From positions 89,081 through 153,080 of the forward strand of contig CAVOVB010000006.1 in assembly GCA_963699755.1 (NCBI GenBank): a stretch of 64,000 bases of DNA. The letters run 5' to 3'. The stretch is from an uncultured delta proteobacterium (GTDB taxonomy: Bacteria > Myxococcota_A > Polyangia > Polyangiales > Houyiibacteriaceae). A program made the position numbers and the translations under genes. Every line of letters begins with the position of its first letter. Within the stretch, counting starts at the first letter, position 1. The notes below the pieces were generated by a model. The model was not told the DNA's origin. It ran no database searches and saw only the letters and a program-made list of their open reading frames with translations. Positions 43,480-51,067 of this stretch are shown one piece after another.

Positions 43480-44901
43480 ATGGAGCTCAAGCAGCAACTC
43501 AAACTATCGCAGCAGCTCATCATGACGCCGCAATTGCAGCAGGCGATCAAGCTGTTGCAGATGACGCGCATGGAACTGACCGAGCTGGTGCAGGAGGAGC
43601 TCCTCGAAAATCCCGTCCTCGAAGAGGGGCCCGAGCCGCGGGACCTCAACACGGCAGGCACCGAAGAGCTGGCTTCGGCAGAGGTCAAGGCCCACGAGCA
43701 GAAGAAGGAGGAGATCGACTGGGAGCGCTATCTCGAAAACCAGTCGAACGAAGCGCCGATGCCCTCGCTCCGGCGCGGACCAGACGAGGAGATGCCCGGG
43801 CTCGAGGCGACGCTATCGACCTCGGAAGACTTGAGTGATCATCTCGGATGGCAATTGCGGATGGGCGATTTCGTCGACAACGAGCTCCGGTTTGCGGTGC
43901 TGGTCGTTGGCAACCTCGACGACAATGGCTATCTAAAGATCGAAGGCTTCGCACCCGAAGAGATCGTGCCACGGCTCGCAACGGAGGCCGGTCTCGATCC
44001 CGAAGACGCTGAGGAAGTCCTGGCGATGATTCAGCAGTTCGACCCAATTGGGGTTGCGGCGCGCTCTCTCGAAGAGTGCTTGATGATCCAGGCGAAGCAC
44101 TATGGCATGGACGACTTGGTGCTTCGCGTGATCACCGATCACCTAGGCGATCTCGAAAAGCGGCACTATCCGGCGATTGCCAAAGCCTGCGGTTGCGCTC
44201 TCGAAGAGGTATACGACGTGGCTCAAATCATCGCTGAGCTCGAGCCGCGGCCGGCTCGACGTTTCCAGACCGAGGAGCCACGGTACATCATTCCCGACGT
44301 TTACGTACACCGAGTAGGGGAGGAGTATTATGTCGTGGCCAACGACGATGGGATGCCGAAGCTCAAGATCAGCGGCTTCTACCGCGCGGCCATGGCCGAC
44401 AATCCAAAGGCCAAGGAGTATATCCAGGACAAGCTCCGAAGCGCCCAGTGGCTGATCCGCAGCATCGACCAGCGCCGCAAGACCATCGTCAAGGTCACCG
44501 AATGCATCGTCGAAAAGCAGCGGGACTTCTTCGACAAGGGCATCGAGTACCTCAAGCCCATGATTTTGCGAGACGTGGCCGAGACGGTCGGGATGCACGA
44601 GAGCACGATTTCCCGTGTAACGAGCAACAAATACGTCCATACCCCGAGGGGCACTTTTGAGTTGAAGTACTTCTTCAACAGCGCCATAAAAAGAGACCAG
44701 CAAAACGATATCGCCTCGGAGAGCGTCAAAGAGGCGATCAAGAGCATTATCGGTGGCGAAGACCCGAAGTCCCCTCTTTCAGACCAGCGAATCGTTGAAA
44801 TACTCGGTCAAGACGACATTAAGATTGCCCGCCGCACGGTCGCGAAGTATCGCGAGATGCTCGGGATCCTTAGCTCATCCAAACGGAAGAAGTACTTTTA
44901 G
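43480..44901 (+). CDS. rpoN: RNA polymerase sigma-54 factor
   Basis: LIMTPQLQQAIKLLQ, ENPVLE, HESTISR and the RpoN box ARRTVAKYRE. Confidence 0.98.
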   Translation: MELKQQLKLSQQLIMTPQLQQAIKLLQMTRMELTELVQEELLENPVLEEGPEPRDLNTAGTEELASAEVKAHEQKKEEIDWERYLENQSNEAPMPSLRRGPDEEMPGLEATLSTSEDLSDHLGWQLRMGDFVDNELRFAVLVVGNLDDNGYLKIEGFAPEEIVPRLATEAGLDPEDAEEVLAMIQQFDPIGVAARSLEECLMIQAKHYGMDDLVLRVITDHLGDLEKRHYPAIAKACGCALEEVYDVAQIIAELEPRPARRFQTEEPRYIIPDVYVHRVGEEYYVVANDDGMPKLKISGFYRAAMADNPKAKEYIQDKLRSAQWLIRSIDQRRKTIVKVTECIVEKQRDFFDKGIEYLKPMILRDVAETVGMHESTISRVTSNKYVHTPRGTFELKYFFNSAIKRDQQNDIASESVKEAIKSIIGGEDPKSPLSDQRIVEILGQDDIKIARRTVAKYREMLGILSSSKRKKYF

Positions 44902-44915
44902 CTGCTGGAGGTTCG

Positions 44916-45242
44916 ATGCGTATTAGCTACACATTTCGCAACATGGAGTCGTCGGACGCCATCAAGAGCCACGCATCCGATAAGATTGGCAAGATCCAAA
45001 AGTACATGCGGGCGCCTCTGCACGCCGAGTTTACTTTTTCCATGGAGCGGCACTTCCACCGGGTAGACTTGAATCTGACCGGCGACGGCCACCAGTACGC
45101 GGGCCACGGTCAGTCCGAGGACATGTACACGACCATCGATCAGGTCGTTGATAAGATCGACCGACAGGTTCGTGACACGAAGGCAACCGAGACCCACCGC
45201 CGGCGGCATGGCGGCGCCTCCCTTCGTAATTCAGAAGACTGA
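44916..45242 (+). CDS. hpf: Ribosome hibernation promoting factor (short HPF/RaiA)
   Basis: TFRNMESSDAIK..KIGK and DMYTTIDQVVDKIDRQV; directly after rpoN. Confidence 0.9.
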   Translation: MRISYTFRNMESSDAIKSHASDKIGKIQKYMRAPLHAEFTFSMERHFHRVDLNLTGDGHQYAGHGQSEDMYTTIDQVVDKIDRQVRDTKATETHRRRHGGASLRNSED

Positions 45243-45285
45243 ACCGCGTTGCGCCGCTGGGATGGCTGGGGTATCGCCTGCCGTC

Positions 45286-45732
45286 ATGCTGGCCGACCTC
45301 CTTCATCCTGAGCGCGTCCGTATCGGCTGGTCGTTTTCCGACAAGGAGGCTGCTTTGCGTGCACTCGCTTCTCTACTCACGATGCCAGAGCGAGTGGTCA
45401 ACGAGGAAGTCCTCTATGACGTGCTCCTAGAGCGCGAGCGCTTGGCGAGCACGGGAATTGGGAGCGGGGTTGCCATCCCGCACGGTCGCTACGATGGCGT
45501 CGAGGAGCTTCGAGCGGCGGTTGCGGTCTGCCCGGCCGGCGTCGACTTTGACGCGGTCGACCGCCTGCCCGTGAAAATCTTGGTCGGTATCGTGGGACCG
45601 AGGTCCACGCCCCAGAAGCACTTGGCTGCGCTTGCGGGAGTGTCGCGCTTCCTTCGAAATGACGAAAAACGCGACGCGCTCACTCGAGCTGTAGACGACG
45701 AAGACGCCTACCGTACGCTCGTCGAGCCCTGA
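45286..45732 (+). CDS. ptsN: PTS EIIA (Ntr/Fru type)
   Basis: ERERLASTGIGSGVAIPHGR, GVDFDAVD and HL..LA motifs. Confidence 0.9.
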   Translation: MLADLLHPERVRIGWSFSDKEAALRALASLLTMPERVVNEEVLYDVLLERERLASTGIGSGVAIPHGRYDGVEELRAAVAVCPAGVDFDAVDRLPVKILVGIVGPRSTPQKHLAALAGVSRFLRNDEKRDALTRAVDDEDAYRTLVEP

Positions 45733-45771
45733 CGTGCAGACAGTATCTGAGCATTCGCGTATGATGGGCGG

Positions 45772-46773
45772 GTGACCCAGTCCTCCTCTTCGCGGCACGG
45801 CGGCCTTCCGAGCATGCGTGTAGACCGCGGAATCACGGTCGCCCACCTACTCGCCGAGCCCCGCTTGAAGGCTATCATCCGCTTGGTTGCCGGCCATGAG
45901 GGGCAGGACCGCATGCTCGATCATCCCCGCGTGCAGAAACCGGGGCTCGTCCTGGTTGGGCACACCCACGGGGTGGTTCCCACGCGGGTTCAGATCCTCG
46001 GCGAGACCGAGATCACATTCCTCGAAGGCCTATCCGCGGATGAGCAACTCGAGCGCGTACGAATTCTGTTCGGACTTGGCCTGTCGCTCGTCGTCGTGAC
46101 CCGGGGCATCGAGCCGCCGGCCGCGTTGCTCGAAGTTGCTGCAGAAACCTCCACACCGCTTGCAGTTGCTGAGCCTCGGTCCAGCCGCGCGATTCAGGCG
46201 ATTCACCTGGCGCTCGATGGAATTCTCGCTCCGTCCGAAACACGGCACGGCGTCCTGATGGATGTGCACGGCATCGGCACTCTGCTCCTCGGGCCGAGTG
46301 GCATCGGAAAGAGCGAATGCGCGCTCTTCCTGGTCGAGCGCGGGCATCGATTCGTTGCCGATGATCAGGTGATCTTGTCGCTGCTTCCGTCCGAGCAAAT
46401 CCTCGGCCGCGCACCGACTTTGCTGCGCAACCATTTGGAGGTACGCGGCATCGGTATCATCAACGTTCGCGATCTATTTGGAGCGAATGCGATCCGGTCC
46501 GAGAAGACCGTGCAACTCGTGGTGGAGATCTGCCCCTGGAGTGAAGACGAACCCTTCGATCGGCTCGGTCTCGATGACGAGACGATCGACATCCTCGGTG
46601 TGCCTATCCCGATGTTGCGGATTCCGGTCCGTCCGGGTCGTAACATGGCCGTCATTCTGGAAGTCGCGGCGCGCAACTACATCCTCAAGGCTGCGGGGAA
46701 TCATGGCGCTCAAAGGTTCATCAACAACTTGATGGGCGACATGGATGACCCGACCACAGGGCCCGCTCGATGA
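45772..46773 (+). CDS. hprK: HPr kinase/phosphorylase
   Basis: RVQILGETE, HGVLMDV, GPSGIGKSECAL, VADD, LEVRGIGII and PVRPGRN. Confidence 0.96.
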   Translation: MTQSSSSRHGGLPSMRVDRGITVAHLLAEPRLKAIIRLVAGHEGQDRMLDHPRVQKPGLVLVGHTHGVVPTRVQILGETEITFLEGLSADEQLERVRILFGLGLSLVVVTRGIEPPAALLEVAAETSTPLAVAEPRSSRAIQAIHLALDGILAPSETRHGVLMDVHGIGTLLLGPSGIGKSECALFLVERGHRFVADDQVILSLLPSEQILGRAPTLLRNHLEVRGIGIINVRDLFGANAIRSEKTVQLVVEICPWSEDEPFDRLGLDDETIDILGVPIPMLRIPVRPGRNMAVILEVAARNYILKAAGNHGAQRFINNLMGDMDDPTTGPAR

Positions 46774-47639
46774 GCGAAGGTCCGCAGATCTTCGTCGTGA
46801 CGGGGCTTTCCGGTGCTGGCCGCAGTACCGCGCTTCGCGTACTCGAAGACGCCGGCTATTTCTGCGTGGACAACCTGCCGCCCGCCCTGGCCCCGGAGCT
46901 GATCAGCCTTGTCGGCCGAGAAGGAAAGCTCGAGCGAATTGGTCTCGGAATCGACGTTCGGACCGGCGAGTTTCGAAGGGGCGCCGAAGAGACTCTCTCG
47001 GAGCTCGAAGCGCTCGGCCATCGCGTACGGGTGATCTTTCTCGATTGCGCGGACGACATCCTCGTCCGGCGCTTCAGCGAGACGCGGAGGCCACACGCGC
47101 TCTCCCGCACCGGCGATCTGCAGGGCGCGATATCCCGCGAACGGGAGCGCCTCGCGGCGCTTAGAGCGCGTGCCGATATCGTGGTCGACACCACGGAGTT
47201 CAGCGTCCACGACCTTCGGCACCATCTCATGGACTACGTCGGCCGCGACCCAGGCAGCCCGTCGATGGTGGTTCGCTTGCTCTCATTTGGTTTCAAGTAC
47301 GGGGTCCCGGTGGATGCCGATTTGGTATTCGACCTGCGGTTCCTGCCCAACCCGCACTTCGTCGAGGACTTGCGACCCAAGACGGGCTTGGATGCCGCGG
47401 TATCCGCCTACGTCATCCAAGCTCCGGAAACGCAGGAGCTCTTGCGACACCTGCGTCCGCTGCTCGACTACGTGCTTCCGCAGTACGCGCGGGAGGGGAA
47501 GGCCTATCTCACGATCGCGCTCGGTTGCACCGGCGGAAGGCACCGGTCCGTGGCGATGGTTGAAGAGCTCGGTCGTCAGCTTGGCGACGGTCACGAGGTG
47601 GTCGTGTCCCATCGAGATGCGCAACGGGCTGGGTCGTGA
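46770..47639 (+). CDS. rapZ: RNase adapter RapZ/YvcJ
   Basis: TGLSGAGRS, VDNLP, RRFSETRRPH, SFGFKYG and GCTGGRHRSV. Confidence 0.95.
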   Translation: MSEGPQIFVVTGLSGAGRSTALRVLEDAGYFCVDNLPPALAPELISLVGREGKLERIGLGIDVRTGEFRRGAEETLSELEALGHRVRVIFLDCADDILVRRFSETRRPHALSRTGDLQGAISRERERLAALRARADIVVDTTEFSVHDLRHHLMDYVGRDPGSPSMVVRLLSFGFKYGVPVDADLVFDLRFLPNPHFVEDLRPKTGLDAAVSAYVIQAPETQELLRHLRPLLDYVLPQYAREGKAYLTIALGCTGGRHRSVAMVEELGRQLGDGHEVVVSHRDAQRAGS

Positions 47640-47914
47640 GTGAGGCGTTCGCCGCAACTGTCGAGGTTCCCAACCGTCTCGGGCTACACGCGAGGGCGGC
47701 CGCGAAGCTAGTCAACCTCGCCAACCGATTTAGGTCGCAAATCGAGGTGAGCAAGGGCGACCAGGTCGCCGACGCCAAGAGCATCATGGGCGTGCTCCTG
47801 CTCTGTGGTGGTCGGGGAGCCAAGATCACGTTTCGCGCGTCGGGCCCCGACGCGGAAGCCGCGCTCGGCGCGCTCTGTGCTCTGGTCGACGATGGATTTG
47901 GTGAGTTGCGATGA
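47636..47914 (+). CDS. ptsH: HPr phosphocarrier protein
   Basis: GLHARAAAK (His15) and DAKSIMG (Ser46). Confidence 0.95.
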   Translation: MSEAFAATVEVPNRLGLHARAAAKLVNLANRFRSQIEVSKGDQVADAKSIMGVLLLCGGRGAKITFRASGPDAEAALGALCALVDDGFGELR

Positions 47915-49611
47915 CTCGCCCAACACGCCTCAAGGGGATCGCAGCTTCGATCGGCGTTGCGGCCGGCCGGACCCGCGTGATCGACCGAAAGTATCATCGG
48001 CGTCCGCATCGACGCATCGAGCAAGCCGACGTCTCGTCCGAGCTCGAGCGGTTCGAGCAGGCCGTCTCGAGCTCGCGCGCAGAAATCGAAGCGGCCAAGG
48101 AAGAGCTGACCGAGCGCCATGGTCCAAGCTATGCGCCCATTCTCGACGTCTACATCTTGATGCATGGTGACGCGCTTCTGATCGACGCGATCTCCAGAAC
48201 AATCCGTGAGGAACGCATCAACGCCGAGTGGGCAGTCTCTCAGGTTGCCGAGGTTCTGAAACAGCCGCTGCTCGAAGATGTTTCCCCGTATTTCCAGGAA
48301 CGCGCGAGTGACGTCGAGCACGTCAAAGAACACTTGCTTCGTCACCTCAGTGGCGAGGAGCAACGCCAGCGGTCTGCTGACGGCCCGACCGTGTTGTTCG
48401 CTCGTGACCTCACCCCTTCGGATGCAGTGCAACTGCTGGCGCCGCCCACGGTGGGGCTCGTCACGGAGCTTGGCGCGGAAAGCAGTCACACGGCGATTCT
48501 CGCCCGAACCTTTGGTGTGCCGGCGGTCGTCGGTGTCGGTCCGCTTCCGAGGGAGATCAAAGACGGCGAGCTCGTCCTGGTGGACGGCTTCTCAGGCGAC
48601 GTCACGCTGAATCCTCTGCGCGATGAAAGGGAGGCAGCGGAGCAACGACGAGACCGGTTTTCGGCATTCTTGATGGCCGAGCGCTCCACGACCTCGGTGA
48701 CCCGTGATGGCGTTTCGATTTCGGTGACGGCCAACATCGAGCTCCCGAGCGAGCTAGAGGCCGCCCTCGAAAACGGGGCCGAAGGCATCGGCCTATACCG
48801 GACCGAGTTCATGTGCCTCGATCGTCGCGAGCCACCAGCCGAGGAAGAACAGCTCGCACTCTACCGCAAGGTCATCACAGCCATGGCCCCAAGACCAGTG
48901 GTGTTTCGCACCTTCGACTGGCGAGGCGACAAGCGCCCGAGGGCCCAGGACCTGGGCGCGCCCGAAGGGGATTGGCTCAGGACTCAGATCAGGGCGGTCT
49001 TGCGCGCGAGCGGGGCGGGCTCTGTCGCGCTGATGTTCCCGATGGTCGCGACGGTGGCCCAGTTTCTCGAGGCACGAGCGCTCGTCGAGGAGTGCCGGGC
49101 CGAGATCGGCGAGCAAGACGTGCGACGTTCGCCCCTTCCGCTGGGTATGATGGTCGAAGTTCCGTCCGCGGCCTTGCTGGCGGAGCGCTTCGCGGAGCAT
49201 GCGGACTTCTTCGCCGTCGGCACCAACGATCTCGCGCACCATACCTTGGCTTCCGATCGGAGAGACACTTGCTCCGCTGCGAATCCGCTCGATCCAGCGG
49301 TTCTCGTACTCCTCGATCGGGCCATCACCGCTGCAAGCAACGCCAGCATTCCGTGCTCGATCTGTGGCGGGATGGCTGCTGATCCGGTCGCACTGGCACT
49401 GGCATTGGGGCTTGGCTATCGCAAGCTCTCGGTGCCGGTCAGCGTCGTTCCGCTCGTGCGTGCGATCATCCGCAGGATCGACCTTCAGTCGGCTGCAGAG
49501 CTTGCTCGCGACGCCCTAGGATGCAGCTCCGCCGCCGCGGTTCGCGAGCTGCTTCTCGAGCGCCTCAGCCCGGAGCTCGGGGCTCTGTGGAAAGAGCAGG
49601 GGCTCATCTAG
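47911..49611 (+). CDS. ptsI: PTS enzyme I (PEP-protein phosphotransferase), divergent
   Basis: ERASDV, SHTAILAR, GIGLYRTEF, MVEVPSA, GTNDL and ICG; no GAF domain; NPxLGxR motif missing. Confidence 0.88.
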   Translation: MTRPTRLKGIAASIGVAAGRTRVIDRKYHRRPHRRIEQADVSSELERFEQAVSSSRAEIEAAKEELTERHGPSYAPILDVYILMHGDALLIDAISRTIREERINAEWAVSQVAEVLKQPLLEDVSPYFQERASDVEHVKEHLLRHLSGEEQRQRSADGPTVLFARDLTPSDAVQLLAPPTVGLVTELGAESSHTAILARTFGVPAVVGVGPLPREIKDGELVLVDGFSGDVTLNPLRDEREAAEQRRDRFSAFLMAERSTTSVTRDGVSISVTANIELPSELEAALENGAEGIGLYRTEFMCLDRREPPAEEEQLALYRKVITAMAPRPVVFRTFDWRGDKRPRAQDLGAPEGDWLRTQIRAVLRASGAGSVALMFPMVATVAQFLEARALVEECRAEIGEQDVRRSPLPLGMMVEVPSAALLAERFAEHADFFAVGTNDLAHHTLASDRRDTCSAANPLDPAVLVLLDRAITAASNASIPCSICGGMAADPVALALALGLGYRKLSVPVSVVPLVRAIIRRIDLQSAAELARDALGCSSAAAVRELLLERLSPELGALWKEQGLI

Positions 49612-50153
49612 TCCGTACCGCTCGACACCGGCTTCACGAACCGGGCTAGGTCTCCTTCGCTCAGCAAACCCGTGGTTCGATCGATCTCGTAGCCGTTGGC
49701 GTCATAAAGAATGTACGTCGGCACGGTTTCGATTTTCCCGAGCGTGCTTTGTCCGGTCTCGACGAGCCCGTACGGATTGGTTCCGACCAGGAATGGTGGA
49801 TCGAGCGCGTAGGCCCAGGCTTCCACGAGTTGAGCGCCTCTGGGCTGCGCCCCAACTCCAATGACGAGCAACTCGGGATGCTGTGGCACGAAGGGCCGAA
49901 GCGACTTGAGCGATGCTTGGCTGACGGCGTCGAATGTTGCGAAAACGAACAGCAGCACTGGCGCACCGCGAAGCTCCCGGAGCTCGATCCAGCGGCCGTC
50001 AGTCAATCGGAGGCCCAGCTCGAGTCGGGCCGACGACCGCGCTTCGGGGGTAGTCGCCTTGGCGCTGCTCGAACTGCGGGCGCAGCCCAAGGTGACCACG
50101 AGCACAATCGAGATCAGACATAGGCCGCGTTTGGGAAGACTGCTCCTGATCAT
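49608..50153 (-). CDS. Thioredoxin-fold (TlpA-like) lipoprotein lacking CxxC
   Basis: Lipobox LGC; LRGAPVLLFVFATFDAVS; cis-Pro loop VPTYILYD. Confidence 0.7.
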   Translation of the reverse strand: MIRSSLPKRGLCLISIVLVVTLGCARSSSSAKATTPEARSSARLELGLRLTDGRWIELRELRGAPVLLFVFATFDAVSQASLKSLRPFVPQHPELLVIGVGAQPRGAQLVEAWAYALDPPFLVGTNPYGLVETGQSTLGKIETVPTYILYDANGYEIDRTTGLLSEGDLARFVKPVSSGTD

Positions 50154-51067
50154 TGCGGTTGGCTCGGCAATATAGCAAGAAGCTAAGCGAGGTGGACGGA
50201 ATCCAAGAACGCCTGGACGGACTGCTCGCCGCTTGTGATGCGAAGTCTACACGCCGGCAGGACCCTGTCGATTTCGTCCATCGCTTCGAGGAGTCTCGCG
50301 ACCAGGAGCTCGTCGGCCTGATTGCGGCCAGCCTCGCGTTTGGAAACGTCGTAGCCGCACGGCGAAGCATCGAACGGCTGCTCACGGCGCTCGGGCCCGA
50401 ACCAGCAGAGGTCATTACAGGCTCGAGCGACGCGGAGCTCCGCCGTCGGTTTCGAGGTTTTGTCCACCGGATCTATCGCGGCGAGCATCTCGCCTCGATG
50501 CTGTCGCACGCAGGGGCCTTGTTGCGCGAGCACCAAACGCTCGGCAGCGCGTTCGCCGAGTTCCATCGGGCGAGTGACGGAGATTTCCGCGAAGCTCTGG
50601 CGTGCTTGGCCGACGCGCTTCGTGGCGACACGCGCAATCGGGGCCTACGACACCTGGTCAGCGACCCCCGCGCCGGGAGCGCCTGCAAGCGTCTCGTCCT
50701 CTATGCGCGCTGGATGATTCGCCCCGCCGACGGCGTCGATCTCGGCCTCTGGCCCATCGCCCCGTCGGAGCTCGTGATTCCCGTCGATACGCACATCCAC
50801 CGCATCAGCCGGAACCTGGGCCTCACCAATCGCCGCACTGCGACATGGGCGACCGCCGAAGAGATCACCGCCTCGCTTCGAAAGTTCGATTCCGAGGATC
50901 CGGTGAAATACGATTTCGCGCTCTGCCACCTCGGCGTGTCTCGGGACTGTCCGAGCCGCCCCGAGCCGGAGAAGTGCAAGCAATGTGTCCTACAGCAGGT
51001 CTGCAGCGTTTGGAGAAGTGGTGGCCGAAGACCCTCAGCGAAGAAATCCAGTGAGCTTCGGCTCTAG
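50153..51067 (+). CDS. TIGR02757/DUF2400 family protein (HhH-GPD-like) with Cys cluster
   Basis: DPVDFVH, SACKRL..RWMIR, DLGLW, PVDTHIHR, DPVKYDFAL and C-x8-C-x2-C-x5-C. Real start may be GTG 50192. Confidence 0.85.
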   Translation: MRLARQYSKKLSEVDGIQERLDGLLAACDAKSTRRQDPVDFVHRFEESRDQELVGLIAASLAFGNVVAARRSIERLLTALGPEPAEVITGSSDAELRRRFRGFVHRIYRGEHLASMLSHAGALLREHQTLGSAFAEFHRASDGDFREALACLADALRGDTRNRGLRHLVSDPRAGSACKRLVLYARWMIRPADGVDLGLWPIAPSELVIPVDTHIHRISRNLGLTNRRTATWATAEEITASLRKFDSEDPVKYDFALCHLGVSRDCPSRPEPEKCKQCVLQQVCSVWRSGGRRPSAKKSSELRL

